Part shown: piece after piece, positions 13,918-27,560 of the stretch
How positions within the stretch are numbered: position 1 is the first letter of the stretch
How the letters are laid out: each line of letters begins with the position of its first letter
Origin: Tubulanus polymorphus
Lineage: Eukaryota; Animalia; Nemertea
NCBI RefSeq assembly: GCF_964204645.1
Contig: NC_134036.1
Coordinates: forward strand, 10,519,859-10,583,858
Length of the DNA stretch: 64,000 nt
Direction: 5' to 3'
Position numbers and translations under genes: made by a program
Notes under the pieces: model-generated
The model's database searches: none
What the model saw: only the letters and a program-made list of their open reading frames with translations
Told to the model about the DNA's origin: nothing

Positions 13918-14190
13918 AGAGCGAGCGGGAGGGATTAAACCCGAACATAACTCTATGGTTAGTACCATAGAGTTGCTCAATTCCCATTCACTTCTCTACT
14001 GCCAGAAATACATATAGACAGACGGACAGACGGCACACTGTAAACATTAAAATATAAAATAATCCGACGGTAGAGCGAGCGGGAGGGATTAAACCCGAAC
14101 ATAACCCTATGGTTAGTACCATAGAGTTGCCCAATTCCCATCCACTACTCTACTGCCAGAAATACATATAGACAGACAGACAGACAGCCG
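13918..14190 (-). repeat. Two copies of the homologous hairpin unit, 3' of the other RAG-like transposase
   Basis: Reverse complement CAGTAGAGTAGTGGATGGGAATTGGGCAACTCTATGGTACTAACCATAG(A/G)GTT...TCCCTCCCGCTCGCTCT. Confidence 0.9.
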
Positions 14191-14239
14191 TAAATCATGT
14201 TATACATGCAAGACTAATGTATGTTTGCAATATTTAAAC

Positions 14240-17010
14240 ATAATTTACAAGAACTTGTGTCTCCATTTTTTTTTAGAAGCCTCCACAAAAACATTTTCGT
14301 GTAACGCGGACATCGGTTTTGGACTTAGTACTATACAAACCCTGGTTGATAAACATCAGTTTCGCTCGTGTCACTTTATTTCTCAAGCATGAATAAACGC
14401 GGACATCCCTATTCATGCTAGCGTGCTTGCTTTCCAAGCCTTGTTCCCCGAACATTCCTGGAGAACGCCAGATGTTGACAAATTTAGGCACATGAAAAAT
14501 TAACATAACCATTTTGGGTGTTATTGTTTGTTCCGGGAAAGTTCTTGGAAACCAAGCACCGAAATCCTTACATAAGGTTTCCAAATCTGCCACTTCTTCA
14601 TCTGATAAAAATCTACATGCAGAATACAGTTTGTACATTTGTGCGAACCGTAGAAATAATTCTTTGTATATGAGCTGGATGTCTGGATGATCTGATGGTA
14701 CAGATAGTAGTTAAACCGCGTTGTTTATTCCTTTTTCGGGATTTACACTCAACAGCTAGTTGATATGATTACCATTGAACGAAAGAGAATGGTATGCTTG
14801 TCTGTCTATTCCAATTTCATGGAATTTTTCATTGAGCGCTGACTGTAGTGGACCCATTTTACATTTGTCTTCGACCATATCATAGATTTTTAGTCCGACA
14901 CCTAATGTAATGTGAAGAAGAGGTGGTACCAGGTGTTCTAAATCAAGTGGCCTATACAGCATAGGGCCACAAATACTGTGCGACGACGGGCCAATCATGG
15001 TTGGTGCCGCCTCGATTAATTTAGAACTTTCGATATAGTGGTTAATACTACGGTTTTGATAAGTGTTCGCAGAATGAGACGTGCCATCTTTTTTTCTCAG
15101 ATCTTCAAGAGGCACCATGCACTTAAGACATGGATAAGATGCTGTTGAGCCCTGATGACCCATCATTGTACTATGATATGCAAGATCCCCAATGAAAAAA
15201 GTTCGAGCTTGTATTGTTTTTTCATCTAGAATAATTGTAAATGGGGTTTCCAATGCCTCTTTTAATGGCCCAAAAATCATCTTCAAGTTTTCAGCATTAT
15301 CAGTTGCTTCAAAATAACCGACCAATTCACAACTATCGGGGCTATTGGCAGACAGTCCATTGACTATCGAGAAAACCATTTTTGTACTCCGACCCCCCTC
15401 ATCAATTCCTGTCTTAATCCATATTTCATCGTAAAAGTTTGGATGGAATTGGAGATTTCCAATTTCGTGCAGATGTTTTGCATGCCTCTGAGCTTGTGCA
15501 TGAAAACCATCTATGATTACATAGGGCGCAAGTTTTCTTTCGTGAGTACGGGAATTAATCTCTAGGATTTCTTCACCCGCAATAACGTAAAGGGCAAATG
15601 ACATTTCTGTTTTTTATTTCAGTTTTTAGTTTTTCAGAATTTCTGCCACAGTTGGAAATACAGGAATGTCAAAGTTTTTTAAATCTCTCTTCAAATCAAG
15701 AAGACGAATCATTGGCATTCGTTGCCTCAACTTAATGTCGGGGTGAGCATGTGGAACAGTTTGATATCGTCTTCACGTAAGGCTGCATTCGTTAACCGTG
15801 GGATAACTTTTGAAAAATTTTGCGAGTGTACAAGCAGAATCTTGGATATTACTTTCTGATGATGATATTCCTTCAACAAAATCTTTCAATTTATCGGGGC
15901 GACTATTAAGCATGTTTCTTGATGCCGACACTGACGGGGTACGGATTACTGGTCCATTTGATTTTAATTGACATTGTAACGAAGAAATAGTTATATTTTG
16001 CTGATTGATTTTTTTGTCTTTTTCTGTTATTTGATTTCTCAAAGTTGAAACTTCATTTTCCAATTCAATGATTCTTGTTGAGTCAGACTTTTGCCAGAAA
16101 TTTGATTCTTCGTCAGTTGTAATGCTTATAGTATCTAAGCATGGGTCTGCTAAAGTTGACTCATCTTTATGGGGTGGAGAATTTATGAACTCCAGTTTTT
16201 TCTTACCTAGGCAAATTGAAGTTGAAGATGAGTAAGAGTGAAGAAGATAAGAGGCAAAAACAATTCGTAATTCCAGTGTAATTGACCAATAATTGAATGT
16301 ATTTTAATTACATTACTATTAAGTGCAAGTTTTTCTATATCTTATTATATCTCAGTGAAATAAATCGTCATAATTGATAAAATTCAGTACATGTATGACA
16401 TTCGTTACTAATCATTTGAAGCTTGATCTGTACAATTTTATTCGAGTTCATTTCTACTCCAGGGCTGGGTTTCAGAGATGTAGAAGCAAAATAGTTTCGA
16501 AAATTTAGAATTTAGAAATTTGCCGATTGAGGATTTACCCTAGGGGTACTCAGTCTATGAATCCGGGCCCAGGATATTCAAAGTTTTATTTATATAATCT
16601 ATTTTCCCCAAAAAATATCACTACGTGACTACATCCCCAAGGCAATATGGATTTTCTAATCCCTTAAATTATGACCTCACCCTGGATTCCCATGAACTGA
16701 AATGTATTGACATGTATCTTTTTATAAGAGTAGCTTTCTGGATTGAATAACAAATTCAAGGTTACTGAAAATCTAGAACTTACTAATGCATGATCACTCA
16801 TGTGTGAAACACGAACCAGAAACCATTCGAAGAAATAAAATGCAGTGAATGAATTAAAGAACAATGAATATCAATATCTTTAGGAATTCTTTATTAGTAT
16901 TAAAAAGCAAACGAGAGTTTTTCATGAAATGTAGACTCACAATTTCTTCTTTTTTGGCCGAAACGTCGTTTTTTCCCACCGGCGCCAACTTTTGAACCGA
17001 GCGACCCCCC
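14240..17010 (-). pseudogene. Second, diverged RAG1-core/Transib-like transposase (frameshifted, no PHD insert)
   Basis: KTGIDEGG, FIGD, YPCLKC, PLLHITLGVG, FNGNH, ITPKM....H, GMFGEQGLESKH; upstream exon ~16940-17010 (GSKVGAGGKKRRFG) resembles exon 1 of the other copy. Confidence 0.85.
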
Positions 17011-17119
17011 CCCGAAAAAAAAAGAAATAGCAATGTTTTTAAAGATCTGTCAATTTCATCTATATGACCTAAAAAATTATTTTTCTTGTTGTGACATTTT
17101 GAACAGTTGTAGAAGTCGA

Positions 17120-17995
17120 CAAGAAAATATATTTGGAAAAATCAGCTTCATGCAGCTTGGCATTTTAGACAATTTTTGATTTCTGATTAGTAATACTAAC
17201 TGAAGCTACGACAAAATTATGAGCAAGTATCCGAATTCAAAGAGCGATAGATGAAAAAGCCTTCTGACTGATGAAGATGAAATGGCCTACCGACCGACGA
17301 GAAACTGAAAATATATTTGGAAAAAATCAGCTCCATGTAACTTTTATAGACAATTTCTGATTAGTAATAGAATACTTACCGAGCGACGACAAAATTTTGT
17401 GCAACTGTCTAAATTCAAACAGCGATAGATGAAATGGCCTACCGACCAGAAATAGCCTACCGACCGACGAGAAACTGAAATATATTTGGAAAAATCAGCT
17501 CCATGTAACTTTTATAGACCATTTCTGATTTGTAATAGAATACTTACCGAGCGACGACAAAATTTTGTGCAACTGTCTAAATTTAAACAGCGATAGATGA
17601 AATGGCCTACCGACCAGAAATAGCCTACCGACCGACGAGAAACTGAAAATATATTTGGAAAAATCAGCTCCATGTAACTTTGCATTTTACAGACAATTTC
17701 CGATAAGTAATATAATACTTACCGAGCGACGAAAAAATTTTGTGCAACCGTCTAAATTCAAACAGCGATAGATGAAATGGCCTACCGATCAGAAATAGCC
17801 TACCGACTGACGAGAAACTGAAAATATATTTGGAAAAAGCAGCTTCATATAGGCCTAGTTGTGCTCTTCATAAACAATTTCTGATTAGGAATACTAACTG
17901 GAGCGACAACAAAGATTGAGTAAGGGGCTGAATTCGAACTCCGACCGACGTTCGTAATAGCCTTATAGCCTACCAATCAACAAGAAACTGAAAAT
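17120..17995 (-). repeat. ~175-185-bp tandem exon-intron-like units upstream of the minus-strand transposase
   Basis: On the minus strand, recurrent TATTTTCAG|TTTCTCGTCGG...GTCGCTCG|GTAAGTATT. Confidence 0.8.
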
Positions 17996-19195
17996 GATAC
18001 CGGAAAAACCTACGTATTAGACATGTTAGTGGCCTGGCCTAGATTATTTGAAAGAATAATACTTGCCCAATGAGTGACACAGATCTTAAGGCCTTTTGGT
18101 ATGACGGTCGATCCGGAAAGTGAAGAAGTGTTGGCTTGTAGAACAGGTAAATAGCCTAATGCGATGCGTTTGCATTTCGTGTGGCCTAGCCTGGGCCTAC
18201 GCTACAGCCGAGTCGGGTTTTGAGCTCCACTTGTTCTCCCATCATCGATAGGGAAGACCGACGTTTTATACATCAAAATAAAGCTAAAGCTCATATAGTT
18301 CATAGACAATAATTTTAAACGATCCATCGTACTATATTTTCAATATATAAAGAATCTTACCAAAGACTTGTATCGCCCGAGTCATTAAATTTTCTGTCTA
18401 TTTTGAAGCGGTCCGGCGGCAAAAGAGTCGAAGATAAATGGCGTTTAATACCCTTACGAACTAGTCTATATACTCAAGAAGCTGCTACAGGGGATTGCAT
18501 CAAGTCAACTTCGTTCGTGTTTCACACTAAGGGAGCTAGGAAAAACCGTTAGATCGCGTACTTAAGCATTTGGAGCATAGGCGCGATGGTCACGTGACCG
18601 CACCGTGGATCAATAATCGCTATTGACAATCAAAGCGAAACACCGTACAGCCGTGAAAGAGATATTAGAAGATAGAGGGGGTCATTCTGAATCCGAGGAT
18701 ATGCGACACGAGGGGGTAGACCCCAGGGCTTGGGCGCCGGGGACGCTCGAAAAAGTGCCTAAAATGACCGAACGCAATGATGCATGTTTAGGGGTCTAGA
18801 AAACCCCTTAAAAGCACGGAGACAACGACAGGATCCTATAGGCCGGTAAACAGGGCTATGGACCAGGGTCCTATTATATCGATTTTGGCCAAAGGTTGGA
18901 TCGCACCGATGTTGAGCGCTCTGAACACGGGCCCAAGGCATTAAAATTTCAAAGTTACGAGTGCGCATAAGCCAAAGAGACTCGGACGCTTAACCCTAGC
19001 GCCCGAAGGCCACTTTTAGGCCCTTGTAGCGTATGCTATAAGGGTTCAGTTAAACTGCTCACTAGTTTTGCATTGGGCACCAAAGGATGGCCAACAAAGG
19101 GCTGGAGACGAATAGTCTGTACGACCTCCTGAAGCTTAAGCTCGAAGGTTTGAAAATGGAACAATGCTCTTAAAACATGTCGTTAGATAGAGATA

Positions 19196-19545
19196 AGAGA
19201 TACGTGCCCATAAGCCAAAGTGATAGGGTAGGGGTAAATATTGTTAGATTTGAGACAAGAGATACGTGCCCATAAGGCTAAGTGATAGGGTAAGGGTTAG
19301 GCTAGTCAGGTTCGAATCCCGAAATTATTAAAAAATTTTTTCAAGCCTAACATGCTTACAAACTATCATTTTGATGATGTATCGCGTTTTAGTGATGGAC
19401 TCCTCGTTTTTAGCATGTCGCCCTTTTCGCCAAGCCCAAGAATATTACATACTACTTGGGATACGTGCCCATAAGCCAAAGTGATAGGGTAGGGGTAAAT
19501 ATTGTTAGATTTGAGACAAGAGATACGTGCCCATAAGCCAAAGTT
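19196..19545. repeat. Four copies of GATACGTGCCCATAAG(CCAAAG)...
   Basis: Direct repeats near 19199, 19261, 19460 and 19522. Confidence 0.8.
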
Positions 19546-20612
19546 GTCGTGGGATTCTACAATTCGGTTCTTCCCAGGAAATCCATAGTATAAACGACGA
19601 GACGTCCGCTCTGTTACACAGAATTTATTAAACTGACAAAACTACTCGTACGTGCACCCCCACGTGACACGTGTACAAAAGAACAATAAAGCATTATAAT
19701 AAACGGACTGTATCAAAGAGAAATTGACATGCACGTATAATTCTGCCGTATAGGCATACATTTCACAACAAAAGTGATAGGGTCATGCTTAAGGCAATCA
19801 GGTTCGAATCCCAAAATAATACTTTTTTTACAAACTTTCTTCTCTTTGTAGTGGATCTTGTATTTTGCATGCGATCCTCTTCGCCCAGTCATCCTTAATA
19901 AATACTAAGTCTCCTGATGCATCCTCGTCCTTCCTTGCATGAATTACTCCTCGTCAACCACAAGAATAAATATGGTAAGAATTAAATTCTATTCTAATCG
20001 AAGGTTTATTTAATGAAACGAAATTCCACAGAATTGAAAATCTATTTCTCGAAATTCCTCAGATATTGCCTGAGCTTTTCGACACCATTTGGATAAGCAA
20101 CGATGATTTTCTTTATGTCTTCGATCTTTTTCGCAACTTTTCGAATTTTTTCTGCTGGTACATATTGATGGAAGACTTTCTCGATTTGCTCTTTTTCCTC
20201 ATTGCTGTACCGTTTTCTTTTTCGACAGGGCATGGACTATAAGAAGAACAAAAACGGATGAATCATGATGTAGAAACTAGTTGGAAACAGTGAACTCAGT
20301 GAAACCTATGTGGATGTACTTACAGGAATATCTACCGGCCTTTCTCCAGGCTCATCATCACTTGAATTATGCTGAAAAGGGCAGTAACATGAATGATTAT
20401 TGTGAACTGAGAATCATGCGGAATAGAAATGTTAACGTTCTTACATCTTGTGGACGTGAAGGCTCATACTCCACTGGTTCAGGTGCCGCGTCAGAACTAC
20501 TCGTTGTTGGCTGAGGCTCTGCCAATGGAGCCGGCTGCGAACACGACTGAGGCTCTGCCAATGGAGCCGGCTGCGAACACGACGAAACTGTTGATAAAAC
20601 GCCGCAGTCCAT

Positions 20613-20909
20613 CTACAAGAAACAACCAACTGAACCAACTGAATTACATAAAGACTCTATACTTGTACATACCGCTAGGGATTTGTGAAACGTTTTCCGA
20701 ATGTTCATTGTTTTTTCATGCCCTTTGTCCATGTCGTAGTAGCGCTGGGCAGTGCTTGGGTTGTGTAGCATGTATCGCGCCAAAGGTTTTAGACTTTTGT
20801 CGTCGCTATCACTCATAGCAGTCATTATAGATTTTCTGAGAAGCGTTGGTGTCACGTGCTTCTCCGGAATTGTAAGCTGAACAAACGCTCGTAATGGTCT
20901 GACAAACAA
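20613..20909 (-). pseudogene. Tyrosine recombinase C-terminal catalytic exon
   Basis: VTPTLLRKS...LARYMLHNPSTAQRYYD (R, H, Y catalytic pattern). Confidence 0.8.
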
Positions 20910-20939
20910 TATTTTAGTTCATGATCTACAATTATTTAA

Positions 20940-21190
20940 ATGGGTCCATGCTTGCTGGGGTAGTGATGGGTCCATGCTTGTTGGGGTAGTGACGGAGTAC
21001 AAAGTTTAACGATAATTCATGTGCAACCATAATGTGTTGATACAAAGTTTTACGATAATTCATGTGCAACCATGTATGTAGATACTAAGTTTAGTGATAA
21101 TTTATGTGCATCCATATATGTAGATACTAAGTTGAACGATAATTTGTGCAACCATATATGTCTATACTAAGTTTAACGATAATTTATATG
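20940..21190. repeat. Short tandem repeats (26-bp duplication and ~41-bp units)
   Basis: AAGTTTAACGATAATT..TGTGCAACCAT repeats. Confidence 0.8.
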
Positions 21191-21326
21191 GGTACATACT
21201 TATTCACAGGCGTTTTAACGAGCAACCGATTTTTGCGATCTATTTCGTGAACGATTTGCGTCGATCGTGCGATCGAATCGAATGTTCGTAAATACGACGA
21301 TTTTAGACTTATCACATGACACAAAT

Positions 21327-22700
21327 ATGGCGACGCGGAAGAGAAAGGTTGCGGCCCTAATAACTTTACTTGAAGATGGATTCTCGTCGTCTTGCCTGAT
21401 AACTCATTGCGTTAATGAGCTCCGGCAACAGTGTCTGATCGGAGCTGACCAATCTGAAGCAGGACTCCCTTTGACCTGTGCTGAACTGTTAAAATACATG
21501 AAATCGGATACAAAACCGCGCATCATGGACTACATGACTGTAACTGTTCCAAAATATGAGCCAGACAATTTCAGAGCGCACTTTCGGATAACTAGGGCAG
21601 CGTTTAGTATTCTTCTTGAACATATTACACCGTTTGTTATAATGCATAATGATCGGAACAGATCAACAAATACGGATACCTATTGACAAACAGCCGTTGG
21701 TTTTTTATATATTATGCTTCTTCAACTGAGCCACTTATGAGAATTGGTGATATCTTTGGCATTTGTGAAGCCTCTGTGTATAACATTGTTGGTAAGTCAT
21801 GTAAGTCCAACATTTGTTCTCTTCTCTCATACATCATATTTATTCCAAACGAGATTAATCAATTTACTTTAATGTAAATTGATTAAAGTAAATTGATTAA
21901 TCTTGTTTGGAAGCCAAAAACTGGTTCAATTCCAATGCTAAAAACTAAATACTACACAAATATTATGCTTTCTTTTAGGATTTATTGCGAAGATTATCGA
22001 TGAAGATATCAAAAAGAAGATTGTCAAATGTCCATCACATAACCGTTTCAATGAAGTTATCAGTGGTTTTCAGAAAAGACAAGGCTTTCCACATGTTTTG
22101 GGCGCTGTAGATGGTACACATATTCCGATAAAAAGTCCTGTTGACAGTTCTGAAACGCACATGAATCGTAAAAAGTTTCATTCTATTAATGTGTGCGCAG
22201 TTTGTGACCACGAGTATAAGTTTACGCATACATATGTTGGATGGCCGGGATCATCACACGACTCGCGTGTTTTCAAAAACTCTCCATTAGCTATCGCAGC
22301 GGAAGACTTGCAACAGGGATATAAATTATTTCCTCAGAACTCTCATATTTCAGGTGACTCTGCTTATGAGCTTACCGAGTATTTGTTAGTACCATTTAAG
22401 GACTTTGGAAATATGAATAACACTGAAGTTACCTACAATACCAAACATAGCCAAACTAGAGTATTTATCGAAAATGCCTTCGGCATACTGAAGGGTCGTT
22501 TACGCCGAAATATGTTGACATGCATAGATTGGATCGACGCGTTTCTTTCATAAGCAGTTGTTTCGTAGTGCATAATATTTGTTTGGAGGTTGAGGAGACA
22601 CTAGACGATTTATTAAGTGAAGGCCAGGAACTAGTCATCAGGGATGACACTCATGATTTGGAAAACTGTGCTGTAGGTGTTACCCTACTGCGGTTGGTAA
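21327..22700 (+). pseudogene. Harbinger (HARBI1-like) DDE transposase, frameshifted, probable intron ~21793-21979
   Basis: FRAHFRIT; GAVDGTHIPI; GWPGSSHDSRVF; GDSAY; YNTKHSQTRVFIENAFGILKGR. Confidence 0.9.
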
Positions 22701-23741
22701 AAGAATGGCAATTGCTGTTTTGCTCAGTGACTAAAAAGTATGCACAAGTGAATTGACTCGTCTGTTGGTCAACAAGAATTAATAAATAAGAAAAGTACCT
22801 TATCAATAAATTTCTATATTTTGTTATTTTTGTTGGCATATGTGATTTGGTTCTTCTGGTATTTCTCTCTATCAAATAAGTGGTATGCATATCTTTTTGC
22901 ACATACAAGCATGAACATGTATCAGTTGCAGTGGCAGATCCAGGGTTTGCCCGGACACCCCCATCCCCTTAAAGTACGAGGCCCCTTAGAAATACCAGAC
23001 AAAAATAAGCATGAAAAAATATAAAAATTAGGCTAAACAAAAATGATAACATGTTTCTCCGCAGCTGCCGGGTCTGTTATGGTAACACTGATCACGATTT
23101 AAAAAAAAAAGTAATGTACAGGGTAGATAGGCGGCCAGCCGGGTCAACCTTTGAGAAAGGTATCATTTTTTTAGCCTTAGGTCCTCAACTTCTAGACAAA
23201 TTTTTGATCCCTGATCTGCCTTAGAGTTGAATTAATCAGGTAGACTACAAATTGGCCCGATACTGGGTATCGAAAGGCTGAAAGGTAATCATTGCATCTC
23301 TCTAGCAACAAAATAGTCCCAATTTCATTCTTAAGAAAATACAACATCCTGAAGAGAAGAGAACAAGGTCCATGCTTCATTGCTGCTTACCAATGTTGGT
23401 AACTACTTCTATGATCTTAAGAACAATCCAAACTCTCAATCACCACGAAACAGTGCTTAAAAAGCACAATTGCAACTTTATTTCTTAGACTTAAAAAAAA
23501 AATTAATACACATTTCAACAAAAATATGTATTAAGTCCTTTAACAATTGACTTAAAAGTCCCCACAGTAAATGCATTTTATATCTGATGGGTTCAACTTA
23601 TACTCACAAACGTGATATAAAGTATGGAAAATAAAACGTAACTCTAAATTACCAATTAGGGCTGTTTGATAATAATAATAATAGATAATTCCGCAACTTG
23701 CCGATGAAAAAGTACTCCACCAAAGAGTGTGTTAAACAAAA

Positions 23742-24960
23742 CTAAAACTTGTTCAGAAGTTGTTTCATAACATCAATTTTTTCTTCTTCTATTTTCTTCA
23801 AAGATTCATATTGTTTATTCATTTCAACAAGAAATCGTTCATTATAATCTCTTCTTGCTTCTTCACTTTCTCTTAACATTTTAAAAATCTTACTCTGACG
23901 ATCTGTCATACGAAATTGTTTTCTCTTCTTAGAAGGATTAGATGTAGCGGAGCCCCTCCCCTTACTCGAAGAAGTACCTTCCGACTCTGATGTTTCGAAA
24001 TCTGTATCTTCATCACTTGTTGCATCAGTTGGTAAACTAGAAGCTGATAATACCACAGGTCGACTGTTCGGTTTATTGGCTAGGTACTCATTTAGTTAAT
24101 CGAAATACGGACATGTTTTCGGATCATTACCCGTCTTATTATTGTGATCCCGTGTCTTTCTATAATTGTTTAACAAATTTCCCCATTTATTTTTGATTTG
24201 GTCCCAACTGAAATTAAATCCCTTTTCAGCTAACAACGACGATATTTTTTCCCATACGCGTTTTTTAACTGTTTTTTTGTCTTCAAATTTTCCACGATTC
24301 ATCTGATGGAAGCTGATCAACCAAAGTACTGCAGCCCTTGGCCATTCCCTTGATTCTGAAAAGAAATGCAGAAAATAAACACATAGCAAAATTTCTTTGA
24401 GGAATATACAGCCTATTTCGTAAGACATGAAGGCAAGCTAAACAAGAAAAACTACAATAGCTAAGAACGAATAATTGATATGTAAGACATATTTATCAAT
24501 ACTTGTGGAGGTACACTTACGAGAAGATTCTGCTGGTGTTTCATCAATCCGTGAAGATGCTGATGGTGTATGAGTATCACGAGGACGAATCAGAGAGGTA
24601 GATGCTGATGGCGTATGAGTATCACGAGGACGAATCAGAGAGGTAGATGCTACTGATGTTTCATCAGTCTAAGGAGAGGTAGAAGTGGAAGCTAGAGAAT
24701 CAGGAATATCTTGTAGACCAATATGTTTGTAACTCTCAACCAAAGAGCTGATAATCTCAGCATCTACAAAAGAACATAAATGATTAAAATGAACCAGCAA
24801 AGAATTGTTGAGCTTTCTCAACTGCGTACTATCCAAATTGATTTTTTGCCAAATACCACAATAATTTTGAATGAAGGCGTACTTACCACCAGCTATTGCC
24901 TTTGAATAAGTTGGCAGATCTAGCGTAAACGATACCATCACGGCATCTATTTCGATTGAA
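23742..24960 (-). pseudogene. Harbinger Myb/SANT-like (trihelix) DNA-binding protein, multi-exon
   Basis: WPRAAVLWLI...KKRVWEKIS...SWDQIKNKWGNLLNNY...CPYFD followed by a Ser-rich linker and coiled coil. Confidence 0.85.
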
Positions 24961-25510
24961 AACTCTCTGTAATACGACCTACAAAAGGTGAATCAACAAT
25001 ATATTGCCTTATCTTCATCCTTTGAATATCATGTATATAAGTCAAGTGCCTGTATCGCTCTTAGTCTGACTTATCATGAATTGTAAAATGCCACAATTGA
25101 TATAACGACTAACTAAAGTAAAAAGACTGGAGAATGCCGGAAGGAACGGGATAAATTGAAGTGACATTATTGAATGGACCCTACTACCATGTTATTCTTG
25201 CGTCTTGTCGATATAAAATGTATCATCTATGATATAAATGATATAAATATATTAGGCCTAGCGCTGGTGCGGTTTGATGGGAAAATTATCAAAATATCGC
25301 CTCAATCCACTCACACTGTCTGCGTCGTGGGCGCCGCCATCTTGGAAATCAAATCGCCAAATCACTCGCCGAGCGAGTTGGTCGATTTCAAAAATCGATC
25401 GGAAAATCGTGTTCGTAAAAACGCCGATCGTGAAATCGATCGCGAAAATCGGTGCTCGTAAATGCGTTCCTACGATCGATCGCAAAAATCGGATGCTCGT
25501 AAAAACGCCT

Positions 25511-26410
25511 CATGTAATTCGGCGGAAGGAGACCACCATCATGTTGGCGCCATATAGTTACATCCGGCTTATTCCGGCAGAATCTCTCCGCGAATGTCTT
25601 AAGAGAGTTGAACGGGATGCTAAGTGGATATATCCCGCTCCATGGGTCGACGTTGTTTTGTGCATAACGATCTTGATCGTATACAGCCCCGTTGTTTCGT
25701 CGAATTTCGCGTGTTTGATCTTGTTATACGTAATACCGATTTTAAGTGAGGGTCGGCTCGTCCCTAACATTGTTACGGTGAACAATAAATAGTTCTTTAC
25801 GAGACGGTACTCTTCTGGAGTTAGTAGATAATTATTGGCGGTTAAGAGTTTCACAGCAGTTTCGGAGATTTCGCTCTCCAATATCTTCTTTATATCAGCG
25901 GCGTTAAGAAGGTGGCCTCCATGGGTATAAAAGGTTATTCGTATGAAGTATTTATATTCGTTCGAAAGCACTAGCATGAAAACTCGCCTCGCTGCGCATC
26001 GTGAACTTCATATAGCCGTCGCATATACTCTTTACCTATCGACTTACTCATGCACTCTAACTCCGCGTTGATTTGATTCAACTTTACATCCGTCATACCG
26101 CATTTCTCCAAGCCGTGCTGTTAATTGGAAGTATCAGTATACACTGTCGGGACAGAAACAAGCATTGTAAATCGAATTTATACTCATATAACGTATGAAC
26201 TTTAACAATCGGTTACGTATTGTGAAAATGTATGCCTTTATTGTCGTAGGCTGTTTTGTTTCCTTTTCATTCGTAAGCCATTTAAGTACGGTTTGCTGGG
26301 TAAGATTAAAATGGCAAGATGCAAGGAGACGCATACAATCACGTATATAGCATTCAGCTTCTCTTACGTCATCAATGATTGGTCTCAAGTATTTGAGGAA
26401 TTCGGCCTCA
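25511..26410 (-). pseudogene. Tyrosine recombinase core-binding domain and first half of the catalytic domain
   Basis: PTTIKAYIFTIRNRLLKF; MLGTSRPS (catalytic R); IVMHKTTSTHG (catalytic K). Confidence 0.75.
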
Positions 26411-26996
26411 AACTGCTGAGCAACTTATTCATGCCTTCATAACTACGCGTTTGGATTACTGTAATTCTTTGTTATATGGCTTCCCAACTGTCTCATTGCT
26501 AAATTACAGAGTGTGCAAAATGCAGCGGCATGGGTTGTTACAAGAAATGGAAATTACTGTAGGATCACCCCTATTTTTTATTCACTTCATTGGTTACCAG
26601 TCAAATACCGTGTGCTATTCAAAATTCTGGTCATAACATACAAATGTCTTCATTCTCTAGCACCTCATTATCTGCAGTCCCTTGTGACTATAAAGCCAGC
26701 TGTGCGTCACCTTAGATCCTCAAACCAATTGCTTTTAATTCAACCAAGAGCCAATCTTTTATCCGCTGGTCATAGGGCCTTTTATTGCTGTGCTCCATAT
26801 CTTTGGAATAAATTGCCACCATATTTACATTTTAATCCAGGTCTAGATTCTTTTAAATCTCAACTTAAGACGTATCTTTTTAATATTGCTTACTCTTAGT
26901 CATAATGTCATCTATGTATCTACTTTTAAATTTTGTAAGCCATAGAGCATATTTTATATGGATTTTCGGCAATGAAATATTATTATTATTATTATT
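26411..26996 (+). mobile_element. 5'-truncated L2/CR1-group LINE (RT C-terminus, 3' UTR, (TAT)n tail)
   Basis: IHAFITTRLDYCNSLLYG...VQNAAA...LHWLPV..R..FKIL...AP.LWN.LP...FK..LKTYLF; TATTATTAT tail at ~26980-26996. Confidence 0.92.
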
Positions 26997-27560
26997 AAAT
27001 TCTACAAGAAAACTAACTCATACAATATTGGGAACATGAGACGGCATCATTGAGGAAATATGTTTGACTTACCTTCCGTCATCATTGGGTTTATTTCACC
27101 AGGGAAGTGTGATGAGATGGAATACGGACGCTATTGTGCAGCTCTTGTCGAATGTGCGTTGTAATTGCCCTAAAGCCGACAACGGTTCGTTGGCGAGCGC
27201 TTTGTTACGTAACGCGCCGATAAGCGATAACCAGCGAGATCGGGAATCTCCGTAATAATTCAGTTGTTTCCGAATATCGGTTTTTCATCCCACAATAAAC
27301 TTATATAAGAATTCCTCAGTAAACTGGTTAAACTCAACACCTGATTTCCCCTCATCAATTTTAGTCAATCAACTTGTATTTACAATTGTCTTAAATTTAA
27401 GTGCCCCCCTAGTTTGTCTCTTAACTGCTTCTCTTTAATCTGTTTTAGCGTGTAACTGTTTCTACGTTAATTTTCCTTTAGTTAGTATCATCTCTGATTA
27501 CTTGAATTAGTCTCTTTGTCTCTGGATTGTATATATCTCTCATAATTTCTGTAGTATTCA

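Larger units (their letters stand above)
21208..25510. mobile_element. PIF/Harbinger DNA transposon (4.3 kb)
   Basis: 33-bp TIRs AGGCGTTTTAACGAGCAACCGATTTTTGCGATC (2 mismatches), CGATC-rich subterminal repeats, convergent transposase and Myb/SANT genes; 3-bp TSD imperfect. Confidence 0.92.

Noticed and set aside
13900-19560. TIRs/TSD for the first RAG-like element
   Set aside because: No convincing inverted pair found; the 3' side appears truncated within the hairpin repeat
25174-25792. Plus-strand ORFs across the Harbinger right end
   Set aside because: They span subterminal repeats and the antisense strand of the recombinase gene, crossing an insertion junction
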